This document shows, piece by piece, positions 32,796 to 41,696 of a stretch of 64,000 nucleotides of DNA. This DNA is from Rhodothermales bacterium (GTDB taxonomy: Bacteria; Bacteroidota; Rhodothermia; Rhodothermales; VXPQ01): contig JBBDTI010000084.1 of NCBI GenBank assembly GCA_040904565.1, forward strand, positions 11,939 to 75,938, read 5' to 3'. Position 1 is the first letter of the stretch. Every line of letters begins with the position of its first letter. The position numbers were made by a program, and so were the translations under genes. Under the pieces are notes generated by a model. It was not told the DNA's origin. It saw only the letters and a list, made by a program, of their open reading frames with translations, and searched no databases.

Positions 32796-33431
32796 ATGTT
32801 TGAGAGGCTCCGGCGTAGATTTGGTCGAAGACCCAAGCGGCGAAGTAATGCGGAATGGGTGCGCGATCTTGCGGCGGCCGACTCGCATGCGATCACGGAT
32901 CTTCGTGCGGAGCTGTTGCGCGGCGTCCGGATCGTACTTCGTCGCCGTGCTCCGGCGAAGGCGGAGGATCTTGCTGAAGATTTCGTCCAGGAGGCCGTGC
33001 TGAAGATCCTCGTTAGCCTCGACTCGTTCCGAGGAGACAGCCGCTTCATGACCTGGGCCCAAACCATCGTTGTTCGAGTCGCCTTCACGGAGCTGCGGCG
33101 GAAACGATGGGAGAACGTTTCGCTGGACGGACTCGTGGATGAGCGGCCGTTTGGGGGTCTCGACGCAGCGGGCGATGCGGCTGTTTCAGAGACGCTGTCT
33201 GAGCGGAATGCGGCCGGTCTGCTGCGCGAGCTGATGCAGTCGGAGCTCACCGAGAAGCAGCGCACCGCGATTGAGGCGGTCATGCTGCACGGCATGCCTA
33301 TCGATGAGGTAGCGCGGCGGATGGATTCGAACAGAAACGCGCTTTACAAGCTGCTCCACGATGCACGCAAGCGGTTGAAGGAAGGATTCGAGGCGCGCGG
33401 CCTGACCCTCGAGCAATTGCTCGACGATTAG
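32796..33431 (+). CDS. ECF RNA polymerase sigma-70 factor
   Basis: AEDFVQEAVLKI..LDSFRGDSRFMTW (region 2); LTEKQR..EVARRMDSNRNALYKLLHDARKRL (region 4); SD GAGGGGAG. Confidence 0.93.
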   Translation: MFERLRRRFGRRPKRRSNAEWVRDLAAADSHAITDLRAELLRGVRIVLRRRAPAKAEDLAEDFVQEAVLKILVSLDSFRGDSRFMTWAQTIVVRVAFTELRRKRWENVSLDGLVDERPFGGLDAAGDAAVSETLSERNAAGLLRELMQSELTEKQRTAIEAVMLHGMPIDEVARRMDSNRNALYKLLHDARKRLKEGFEARGLTLEQLLDD

Positions 33432-33439
33432 CCCATCGG

Positions 33440-33465
33440 GTAAGGTTTCCTCGCCGTAAAGCGTC
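33440..33465 (+). promoter_or_regulatory. Putative ECF promoter GTAAG-N17-CGTC upstream of anti-sigma and tlpA
   Basis: GTAAGgtttcctcgccgtaaagCGTCt. Confidence 0.65.
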
Positions 33466-33482
33466 TGGATGTTGAACGGAGG

Positions 33483-33743
33483 ATGATGAGAATGAAGCTT
33501 ACGCGTACCGTCATCAAGGCCATACTCGAAGCCGTTTTTGCCACACAGCCGGTCGAAATCGGCTGCGACGAGTGCTTTGAGCAGGTTCACCGATTTGCAG
33601 AGATGGAGCTCGCCGGTGAAGACGCCGCGTCGGCGCTCCCGCTCGTTCAGTCGCACCTCGAACGGTGCCGCGACTGCCGGGAGGAATTTGAGATGCTGCT
33701 GGCGGCGCTGCGTGCCGTTGCCGGAAACAACTCCCCGAAATGA
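33483..33743 (+). CDS. Soluble zinc-finger (ZAS-type) anti-sigma factor
   Basis: IGCDEC...HLERCRDCREE (Hx3Cx2C); no TM segment. Confidence 0.85.
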   Translation: MMRMKLTRTVIKAILEAVFATQPVEIGCDECFEQVHRFAEMELAGEDAASALPLVQSHLERCRDCREEFEMLLAALRAVAGNNSPK

Positions 33744-33759
33744 ATGCTTCGTACCTGAG

Positions 33760-34299
33760 ATGATGTCCGGAGAGCATAACACCGTATGGAGCCTGTTCCT
33801 TCTCGGCGCCGTGATGGTGCTGCTCGTCGTCTCCGGATGCGCGGGGGATGAAGATTCGAGAGAGGCCGTACGGTCGCCAGTGGCGGTTCTGGAGGCCGCG
33901 CCGGATTTCGAGCGTGTCACGATGGAGGGCGACACGCTACGCCTTTCGGAGCTCGATGCGAGCGCGATCGTGCTCAATTTCTGGGCCACGTGGTGCGCGC
34001 CATGCAGGGTCGAAATCCCGGGATTCATAGCGATTCAGGAAGAGATGGACGCTGAGCGGGTCCGGTTTGTCGGCGTCTCGTTCGACGAAGACGGATTTGA
34101 AGCGGTCCGGCCGTACGCTGAAGAAATGGGCATCAATTACCCCCTCGTGATCGGAGACGATGCACTGGCGAGCGATTTCGGCGGCGTGCCCGGCCTTCCC
34201 ACCACGTTCTTGCTCGACGGCGGCCTGCACATTCGCCAGCGGTTCGTCGGGGTTGTGGATGAAGAGACGCTGCGCTCCGTACTGGAGGACATGCTCTAA
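33760..34299 (+). CDS. TlpA/ResA-like thiol:disulfide oxidoreductase lipoprotein
   Basis: Lipobox VSGC; APDF, VLNFWATWCAPCRVEIP, GLPTTFLLD. Confidence 0.92.
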   Translation: MMSGEHNTVWSLFLLGAVMVLLVVSGCAGDEDSREAVRSPVAVLEAAPDFERVTMEGDTLRLSELDASAIVLNFWATWCAPCRVEIPGFIAIQEEMDAERVRFVGVSFDEDGFEAVRPYAEEMGINYPLVIGDDALASDFGGVPGLPTTFLLDGGLHIRQRFVGVVDEETLRSVLEDML

Positions 34300-34694
34300 C
34301 GATCCTCCCCGGAGGACGTCTCGCGGACGGAGTGTGCGACGACGCCGGAAGAGGAAACCACGAGCGTGAACCGGATACGGTCGTCCACGTCGATGCCGCC
34401 TACAGAAGCGGTGTCGCTTACGGCGAAGGGCATCGTCATCGCGTGCATGAAGCCGGGTATCTCGTCGTGTTCGACGACGATATGGCTACCGCTCGGCGTG
34501 ATGGAGCGCAGGACCCCCGTGACCTCGTAGTGTCGTTCGGAGGGCTCCTCCGTCTCCGGTGGGGTCGTCGTCATTTCTGCTTCCTGTTCGCCGGGTATCG
34601 GAGGAGGATCCGCCGATTCGCTGCTGCAGCTCACCAGGAGCAGACCTGTGAGCAACAGAACGACGACGGGGATCGCTGTTGGATATGCGTGCAT
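34296..34694 (-). CDS. CusF-like periplasmic copper-binding lipoprotein
   Basis: Lipobox LVSC; YEVTG..VVEHDEIPGFMHAMTMPF...IRFTL. Confidence 0.88.
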   Translation of the reverse strand: MHAYPTAIPVVVLLLTGLLLVSCSSESADPPPIPGEQEAEMTTTPPETEEPSERHYEVTGVLRSITPSGSHIVVEHDEIPGFMHAMTMPFAVSDTASVGGIDVDDRIRFTLVVSSSGVVAHSVRETSSGEDR

Positions 34695-34735
34695 GTCCCG
34701 CTGCTTCCTAACTCGACTACACTCCTGTTCCACGC

Positions 34736-35233
34736 CTAAAGGATGAACGTCCACTCGTCACCCTGCTGGAGTTCCACGCGCTGGGGGATCAGCACGCCGT
34801 TCGATCGGACCTCGCCGCGGACGCGAACGGTCTGCGCCATGTAGTCGGCGAGGACGGCTGGTGCCGTCACCAGAATCCAGACGTCGGGTCCCCGCTTGTC
34901 GTCCAGTAGCAGGCCAACCGGGAAACCGCTGCGGGCGCAGAGGATCGCACAGTCCGGCACGAACCCTTGCGGACGATCGTGGTCAAGGCCGGCGTTGGCG
35001 TGATCGTCCGCGTAGCAGTGCGTGTCGATGAGCGTGCCGGTCAGAGCGATCACGTCTCCCGGCGCGGCCGCCATCGGTGGCCGTCCGGACGGATCGGTGG
35101 CCCCGTCGCGGCCTTCCGCGGCCTCGTCTTGCCTGCCGTCGGCGTCCGGTGGAATCTCGGGTTCGTCCGCCTGGCATCCGACCAGCAGTACGAGCACAAT
35201 AAGGGACGAAAGTATCATAAATCGATGGACCAT
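34736..35233 (-). CDS. Hypothetical lipoprotein with DxxCY..H..CAxxC motif (OB-fold-like)
   Basis: Lipobox LVGC; LTGTLIDTHCY..DH..CAILCARSGFPVGLL..VRVRG. Confidence 0.8.
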   Translation of the reverse strand: MVHRFMILSSLIVLVLLVGCQADEPEIPPDADGRQDEAAEGRDGATDPSGRPPMAAAPGDVIALTGTLIDTHCYADDHANAGLDHDRPQGFVPDCAILCARSGFPVGLLLDDKRGPDVWILVTAPAVLADYMAQTVRVRGEVRSNGVLIPQRVELQQGDEWTFIL

Positions 35234-35321
35234 AGCGTCGCCGGGCCGAATGGGAACGTCGCCGGCGAAGTGCATCGAAGCATGCTTCACCGGCGAGCGC
35301 TTCACATACGGTCGCCCCCTC

Positions 35322-35741
35322 CTACATCATGGTAGCCAGATGCACCTCTTCCCACTCGCCGTCGGCGTTCTTCACCTCCAGCTTCGTCGGAATGATACCG
35401 CCGGGATAAGCCAGGTCGCCGACGACCCGGGCGTCCTTTGCGGCATGCTCGGCGAGCTGTGGAGCGGGTGTGACCAGTATGTACACCTGGCCGTCAGCTT
35501 CTCCACCCTCCAGGATGCCGACCGGAATGCCCATCTGCGCACAGGCCGTGGCGCAGTTCGGCAGCTTTCCCATCGTGCCGTCCTCCATAGGGACGACATG
35601 TTCGTTGTCGACGTTCATGTGGTTCATGCCGTAACACTTCGTGTCGATCAGCTTGCCCGTCACGGTGACGGCTTCAGACGTGCCGTCCGCGCCCGTCAAG
35701 ACGAACATCATGGCGATGAATAGGGACGTGAGCAATTTCAT
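35322..35741 (-). CDS. Secreted paralogue with DxxCY..H..CAxxC motif (OB-fold-like)
   Basis: Signal peptide; VTGKLIDTKCY..EH..CATACAQMGIPVGIL..ARVVG. Confidence 0.82.
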   Translation of the reverse strand: MKLLTSLFIAMMFVLTGADGTSEAVTVTGKLIDTKCYGMNHMNVDNEHVVPMEDGTMGKLPNCATACAQMGIPVGILEGGEADGQVYILVTPAPQLAEHAAKDARVVGDLAYPGGIIPTKLEVKNADGEWEEVHLATMM

Positions 35742-35827
35742 GGCGTCGACCTACAGTTGGTTGGGGTGTTGTGACGATGATGGCCAGAGGCATGCTACGT
35801 AGGCATGACATCCTCAGGTAATATGAA

Positions 35828-35853
35828 GACGACGTGAGGCGCGGATGTCTTAC
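35828..35853 (-). promoter_or_regulatory. Putative ECF promoter GTAAG-N17-CGTC driving the 35741-34296 operon
   Basis: Minus strand gGTAAGacatccgcgcctcacgtCGTCt. Confidence 0.65.
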
Positions 35854-35982
35854 CTGTAATCCGTGAATGACTGCGAATCTTTCGATCGTATCGGCCGACG
35901 CGGCACGGCGACGGCGCGCCACGGGCACCGGTGGAGCGACGAGATCGTTACGGTTCAAGCGGTTGTTCGAGGGCGCGAAGAA

Positions 35983-36008
35983 GTAAGGATATTGGGATGC
36001 GGCTCGTC
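35983..36008 (+). promoter_or_regulatory. Putative ECF promoter GTAAG-N17-CGTC driving 36077-37528
   Basis: GTAAGgatattgggatgcggctCGTCc. Confidence 0.65.
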
Positions 36009-36076
36009 CAAACAACACAGCAACATGCTACACCGCACTCGAAACGAAGAACACTCAAGAATTGCGAAGTCATACC

Positions 36077-37057
36077 ATGACTCTATATACCATCCGCCGC
36101 AGCTGGAAATCCGTCCTGGGGACTATTCTGGTCGCCTGCCTGCTTCCACTCGCGCCCGTTCTCGCGCAGGACGGCGGGGATAGGGCCGAACAGATGGCGC
36201 AGCTCAAAGAGATGGCGCCGGCGAAAGGGTACGTGAACGCGCATAAGGACGTCGAGCAGCCGTTCGGTCTGCTGGGGGGTCCCATCACCGCGACGATCCG
36301 GCAGCAGAGCGGCGGCGTCTTTGTGGCCCTGCCCGATCAGCGCGAGCTCGATCCCCGCGTGTTCGGCACGCCGCAGATGCCCCGTGCGCTTGCGGGAACG
36401 CCGGGTGTGAACGGCGTGCCCCTGATGGCCAGGGCGGCGGAGAACGGTGCCTTCACCGTAATGTCGCAGCCGTCTCCGTTCGGTGACGCCTTCGTCGCGA
36501 TGGGCAACGGCCGATTGCAGCTCGACGCGGTCGACGCGACGGCCACGGATGCCGCGCGATCGGACGATGAGGTCTCCATGATGGCGAGCTGGGAAGACGA
36601 GGGAGGAAACACGTACGAGGTGCGATGCTGCCAGATGCTCGCCACGCATGGGATGGAGTTTCCCACGTTCGGGGGGGTCGTAACGAACCACATCCTGCAC
36701 GGCTTCACGCGTATCGGGACCGCCCTCATGCCCAGTGAATACACCTACGTGGCCTTCTGGGGAATGGGTGAAGTCCGAAAGAACGGCGACGTGATCGACC
36801 GGCCGCGTTTGGTCCACGGCATGCTCACCGAATACGTCCGCAAGCAAGACTACAAGCTGGCCTTCGACGAGGAGGTTACGCCGACGCGCCGGCACTTTCA
36901 CCTGATGGTCGCTCCGTTCATGCCGGTGCCTGAAGAGGGAACGTTCGAGCAGAATCCCGTCACGACCGGATTCACGCTGCCCAACGGCATGGAGCTCCCT
37001 TTCTGGCACGTGATGTTTGAGAATCTGGAGATCGAAGCGTCTCGCGGCGCGGAATAG
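36077..37057 (+). CDS. Secreted hypothetical protein with clustered His/Met motifs
   Basis: Signal VLA-Q; THGMEFPTFGGVVTNHILHG, VAFWG, VHGMLTE, RHFHLM, FWHVMFE. Confidence 0.82.
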   Translation: MTLYTIRRSWKSVLGTILVACLLPLAPVLAQDGGDRAEQMAQLKEMAPAKGYVNAHKDVEQPFGLLGGPITATIRQQSGGVFVALPDQRELDPRVFGTPQMPRALAGTPGVNGVPLMARAAENGAFTVMSQPSPFGDAFVAMGNGRLQLDAVDATATDAARSDDEVSMMASWEDEGGNTYEVRCCQMLATHGMEFPTFGGVVTNHILHGFTRIGTALMPSEYTYVAFWGMGEVRKNGDVIDRPRLVHGMLTEYVRKQDYKLAFDEEVTPTRRHFHLMVAPFMPVPEEGTFEQNPVTTGFTLPNGMELPFWHVMFENLEIEASRGAE

Positions 37058-37102
37058 CGAAACGTACGCCCGCCCGACGCTCCTCTCTCAGAAAGCAGAC
37101 CT

Positions 37103-37528
37103 ATGTCGTATAAAACCATCGTACTCGCGGCGATCGCTGCGTGCGGGGTGCTGGCGCTCTTTACGTCCGCTGCGGACCCCTCTCTGCCGGAAGCGGCAGT
37201 CGACGCCGATCTCGGTTCGGCTCCCGACGCCGTCGTCGGCATGACCAACACGCTCAAGTTCGAACCGGATACGGTCGAGGTCACCTCCGGAGAGACGGTC
37301 GAATGGAGAAACACGTCTCTTTTCGTTCATACCGTAACGGCGGACCCGGACGAAGCGACGCTCGAAGAGAGCGTTCGGCTGCCGGACGGCGCGGAGGCGT
37401 TCGACTCGGGCACGATCGAGCCGGAGGGGGTTTTCCGGCACACGTTTACCACGCCGGGCGTCTATCGCTATTTCTGCATTCCGCACGAGGGTGTACGGAT
37501 GTATGGAACGGTGATCGTCGGCGACTAA
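37103..37528 (+). CDS. Type-1 blue copper protein (plastocyanin/halocyanin-like)
   Basis: LKFEP..V..GETVEW.N, HTVT, YRYFCIPHEGVRMYG (H, C, H, M ligands). Confidence 0.92.
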   Translation: MSYKTIVLAAIAACGVLALFTSAADPSLPEAAVDADLGSAPDAVVGMTNTLKFEPDTVEVTSGETVEWRNTSLFVHTVTADPDEATLEESVRLPDGAEAFDSGTIEPEGVFRHTFTTPGVYRYFCIPHEGVRMYGTVIVGD

Positions 37529-37580
37529 CGGGCGCCTGACGGCCACGGCGGACGGGACGTCGCCGATCGGTGACCGCGGA

Positions 37581-39053
37581 TCAGACGATGTCTCCGGGTT
37601 CGTAGGTGTTGACCGGTCCACGATATCCCATCACCTTTTGAAGGATGCGGACGAAGCGCGGGGAGTAGTTCCGGATGTACCACTGGTCGGCCGCGCGGCG
37701 CGCTCCGAGACCGTAGGTGGGATACGGGTGGATGGTGTCGGAGATCTGGCGGAGCGTCACGCCGTTCCGCATGGCAACCGCAAACTCTCCGATCAGGTCA
37801 CCCGCGCCGGCCCCCAGAATGCTGGCGCCCAGGATCTTGCCCGTAAGCTTCTTCGCGAAGACCTTGATGAGTCCGGTCGTGTTGCCGTCCGTTACGGCCC
37901 GGTCGATCTTGCCGAAGGGAAATCGGTACACCTCGAATCGGGTACCCTGTTCGCGGAGCGCGGCTTCCGTCGCCCCGACGTGGGCCAGCTCGGGATCCGT
38001 GTAGGTTGCCCACGGGACGTGCTCGTCGTCGATCGACATCGGCATCTTCAGAAGCGCATTGGTAACGGCAACCTTCGCCATGTGTTCGCTCATGTGCGTG
38101 AACTGGTACCGGCCCGTTACGTCACCCGCGGCGAAGATATGACGGACGTTCGTCCTGCACCGACGGTCCACCGTAACGCCTCTCGTGGTGAAGGCGATGC
38201 CGGCTGCGTCCAGACCGAGCTCCTCCACGTTCGGCCGCCGACCCGTCGCGACCAGGAGCGCGTCCGCTTCGATGGTACGTCGTTCATCGTCTACTTCCAT
38301 GCCGACGCGCAGCTGAGGGCCGGCTCGCTCGACGCGGCGCACGCCGGCGTTTAGCACGTACTGGACCCCTTCCTCGACGAGTGCAAGCCGGAGCATGTCG
38401 GCCAGCTCCTCATCGTCGTTCGACAGAATACGGTCGAGCCGGTCGATGACGGTGACTTCCGTTCCCAGACGAACGAACGCCTGGGCCATTTCCGTTCCGA
38501 TGGGACCCCCGCCAATGATGGCGAGCCGCCGGGGCTGCTCCCGCGGCTCGAAGAGGTTTTCGTTGGTCAGATAATCGATTTCCTGGAGGCCCTCGATCGG
38601 CGGGATGAAGGCGCGGGCGCCGGTCGCGATGACGAAATAGCGCCCCCGGATGGTCTCCGTCCGGCCCTCTCGTTCCAGCTCGATGGTATGCGCGTCGACG
38701 AAGCGGGCGTGGCCCTCCCGCGTCTCGACGCCCATCGCTTCGATCACTTCCGGGCGGTCGGCGTCGTGATACACGTCTTCGCGCACGGCGTCGACATGCC
38801 GCATGACCGCGCGGAAGTCGACCTCTACCGTGCCGCTCGTGATGCCGTAGCGTGCGCTCTGACGCACGGTATGTGCAACGGCCGCCGATTTCAGCAGCGT
38901 CTTGCTCGGGATGCAGCCGGTCCACGTGCAGTCGCCGCCGAGGCGATCCCGCTCAATCAGGAGCGATTTCGCGCCCAGATTCGCGCCGACGCCCGCCGCG
39001 GTGAGTCCGGCAGCGCCCCCTCCGATGACAATCAGATCGTAATCCTCACTCAT
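37581..39053 (-). CDS. Class I pyridine nucleotide-disulfide oxidoreductase (LpdA/MerA-like, no C-terminal CC)
   Basis: GGGAAG, GGDCTWTGCIPSK, GGGPIG.E, ATGRRPN, AAGDV, HPYPT. Confidence 0.9.
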   Translation of the reverse strand: MSEDYDLIVIGGGAAGLTAAGVGANLGAKSLLIERDRLGGDCTWTGCIPSKTLLKSAAVAHTVRQSARYGITSGTVEVDFRAVMRHVDAVREDVYHDADRPEVIEAMGVETREGHARFVDAHTIELEREGRTETIRGRYFVIATGARAFIPPIEGLQEIDYLTNENLFEPREQPRRLAIIGGGPIGTEMAQAFVRLGTEVTVIDRLDRILSNDDEELADMLRLALVEEGVQYVLNAGVRRVERAGPQLRVGMEVDDERRTIEADALLVATGRRPNVEELGLDAAGIAFTTRGVTVDRRCRTNVRHIFAAGDVTGRYQFTHMSEHMAKVAVTNALLKMPMSIDDEHVPWATYTDPELAHVGATEAALREQGTRFEVYRFPFGKIDRAVTDGNTTGLIKVFAKKLTGKILGASILGAGAGDLIGEFAVAMRNGVTLRQISDTIHPYPTYGLGARRAADQWYIRNYSPRFVRILQKVMGYRGPVNTYEPGDIV

Positions 39054-39055
39054 GT

Positions 39056-39409
39056 TTACACGTAGTCCTTTTTGTTTTCAGGCTTCTCTTGAGCGCGAAT
39101 CCGTCGTCGAATTTTGTTTACGGTCGAGACGACGCCCGCGCCGATCATCACGGCGATGACGGCGTAGACCCAGACCGGCACGCCCCTCCCCGCGACCAGT
39201 AGATAGAGGTAGGCGGAGATGAAAAAAAACGACGCGCTGAGTGCCGGCAGGACGATGGAGCGCTTCTTACGCACGTTACGGACGATCCAGGCAACGGAGA
39301 GTGTAAAAAATGGGATGGCGCCAATGTAGATGATACCGAATACGATCGGGTTGACGCCGTATTCGCGTCCCAATCCCATGAACCAGTCGACCAGGGCATT
39401 CCACGTCAT
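39056..39409 (-). CDS. Small 3-TM hypothetical membrane protein
   Basis: YGVNPIVFGIIYIGAIPFF, three hydrophobic segments; 2 bp from the oxidoreductase start. Confidence 0.75.
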   Translation of the reverse strand: MTWNALVDWFMGLGREYGVNPIVFGIIYIGAIPFFTLSVAWIVRNVRKKRSIVLPALSASFFFISAYLYLLVAGRGVPVWVYAVIAVMIGAGVVSTVNKIRRRIRAQEKPENKKDYV

Positions 39410-39511
39410 GATGTCGCACGCAAGAAGATGTAAGCTGTCGTTCGGATGGCGCCTATTGGAGTCGTCGCGGCCCTTCGTCGAAAGGTCACGTCACGGCGTT
39501 ACGCCGTTTGC

Positions 39512-41392
39512 TTATTTGGGCGTTCCCAGCGTCCGGTCCAGGTTGTAGGCTGCGCTGATGAGCGAGAGATGCGTGAAGGCCTGGGGGAAGTTTCCGAGCG
39601 CCTCCCCGTGATGCCCAGTTTCTTCTGCGTACAGGCCGACGTGGTTTGCGTAGCCGAGCATCTGTTCGAACGTGAGCCGGGCCTGTTCCAGCCATTCCGG
39701 CTTCGTCCTGCCTGCACGCGTCATCGCCTCCACCAGCCAGAAGGTACAGATATTAAAGGTACCCTCGTCACCCTGCAGTCCGTCGTTACTTTCCTGGAGA
39801 TTGTAGCGATACACGAGACCGTTGGCGACGAGCCCGCCGTCATCCGGCGAGCGGCGCGTTGCTTCGAGCGTGCCGAGCATCCGCGGATCGACCGGTGAGA
39901 CGAAGAAGACCAGCGGCATGATGAGATTGGACGCATCCAGCGCCTCGCCGTCGAGCGTCTGAACGAACGACTGCAGCTCTTCATTCCAGCCCCGCGACAT
40001 GATCGTCTCGTAGATTTCGTCGCGCACGGTTATCCACCGCTGGCGGTCGGCCGGAAACGAGCGCTTTTCAGCCAGACGCAGACCCCTGTCTACGGCCACC
40101 CAGCACATCAGCTTGGAATAGACGAAGTGTTGCCTGCCGCCTCGGATTTCCCACACCCCTTCATCCTGTCGCTGCCAGTTGTCGCAAACCCAGTTGACGA
40201 ATCGGCGAACGGACAGCCAGAGATCGTAAGAAATGCGGGCACCGTGCTTGTTGTACAGATACACGGCATCGAGCAGCTCACCGTAAATGTCAAGCTGCAG
40301 CTGATCGTAGGCGCCGTTGCCGATCCGCACGGGACGCGATTCCCGGTATCCCTCGAGGTGGTCGAGGGATTCTTCGGTCAGCTCGCGCCGTCCGTCGATG
40401 CCGTACATGATTTGGAGCGGACTGCGTTCTTTCGTTTCCCGTTCGCACAGGCCCGCCAGATACTCCATGAAGGCGGCCGCCTCTTCGTCGAAGCCGATGC
40501 GCAGGAAAGCGTACAGCGTGAAGGCAGCGTCGCGGATCCACGTATACCGGTAATCCCAGTTTCGGCCGCCTCCTATTTCTTCCGGTAGGCTGCACGTCGG
40601 TGCCGCTACGATGGCGCCGGTGGGGTCATAGGTCAGGAGCTTGAGCGCGAGCGCGCTGCGCTCGACGGTTTCGCGCCACCGTCCCGTATAGGTGCACTGC
40701 GACAGCCACGTCCGCCAGAAATGCACCGTGTCCTGAAAGACGGACTCGGCCTGCGCTTCGGAGAGCAGCTGGCCGCAGTCCGTCGATTCACCGATTTCCC
40801 GCAAGATGAAGGTGGTCGATTCACCCTCCTCCAGAGAAAAAGAGCACGCAACGCCGCTTCCGTTCGCCTCAAGGCGGACTTCGCTGGCCAGTCCGAGATG
40901 GAGATTCGTGCCGATGAAACAGGCGCCCTGCTCCGTCACCTTTAGTTCGTGCGTTTCGCGTGCGTAGTCGAAAGCGGGCGTGCACTCCATACTGAACTGA
41001 ACGGTGCCGCGCACCGCTTTTACGGTCCGTACGATTCGTCGTCGCTTCCTGCTTTCCTCGCTCGAGCCGACGGGCATATAATCCGTCACCTCTCCGACGC
41101 CTTCGGCGGACAGAAATCGGGTAATCAGTATGTTGGTGTCGGGCCAGTAAAACTGCTTGCATGCGACATTCTCGGAGGCCGCTCGAATCTGCCAGTACCC
41201 GCCTTTCTCATGGTCCAGGAGGCGCGCAAACACGCTCGGGGCGTCGAAGCGCGGCATGCAGCACCAGTCGATCGAGCCGTGCATGCTCACGAGCGCGGCG
41301 GTGTGCATATCGCCGATCAGACCGTAATCTTCGATCGGTTGATACGCTGGGTCGGAAGACGACGGATCCCGGCGTGTCGGAGTTGACTGCAT
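39512..41392 (-). CDS. Glycoside hydrolase family 15 (trehalase/glucoamylase-like)
   Basis: [63 protein letters not shown]. Confidence 0.95.
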   Translation of the reverse strand: MQSTPTRRDPSSSDPAYQPIEDYGLIGDMHTAALVSMHGSIDWCCMPRFDAPSVFARLLDHEKGGYWQIRAASENVACKQFYWPDTNILITRFLSAEGVGEVTDYMPVGSSEESRKRRRIVRTVKAVRGTVQFSMECTPAFDYARETHELKVTEQGACFIGTNLHLGLASEVRLEANGSGVACSFSLEEGESTTFILREIGESTDCGQLLSEAQAESVFQDTVHFWRTWLSQCTYTGRWRETVERSALALKLLTYDPTGAIVAAPTCSLPEEIGGGRNWDYRYTWIRDAAFTLYAFLRIGFDEEAAAFMEYLAGLCERETKERSPLQIMYGIDGRRELTEESLDHLEGYRESRPVRIGNGAYDQLQLDIYGELLDAVYLYNKHGARISYDLWLSVRRFVNWVCDNWQRQDEGVWEIRGGRQHFVYSKLMCWVAVDRGLRLAEKRSFPADRQRWITVRDEIYETIMSRGWNEELQSFVQTLDGEALDASNLIMPLVFFVSPVDPRMLGTLEATRRSPDDGGLVANGLVYRYNLQESNDGLQGDEGTFNICTFWLVEAMTRAGRTKPEWLEQARLTFEQMLGYANHVGLYAEETGHHGEALGNFPQAFTHLSLISAAYNLDRTLGTPK

Positions 41393-41696
41393 GTCTTGAC
41401 TGCTAAAAAGTATGCATCCGTACGAAGCCGGCTGCGCGGATCCCCGCTAATACGTGGATAGGCCGGCGCGGGCCAGGGCGCTTCCCGCCGGTCTTGCGTT
41501 TCGTCGCCGATCGATATGTTACGTACGGGATGCTCGAAACGTCGTTCGTAGCGTCACTCGTAACGGCGCGACGGTTTCGGGAAACAGACGGAGGGCCGAG
41601 GATTCCCATGCGAGCCGGTCGAATCGTCGGTTCACCGTTCACCTCACCACGGTGGGTGAACTGCAGCTAACCGTTTACGATACGTACATCCCTATT

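Noticed and set aside
35807-35856. H-type RNA pseudoknot
   Set aside because: Connecting loops of 0-1 nt are sterically implausible for two 7-bp stems, and the region overlaps a predicted promoter.
37581-39053. merA
   Set aside because: No C-terminal vicinal Cys pair or NmerA domain; a true MerA tail is at 63940-64000.
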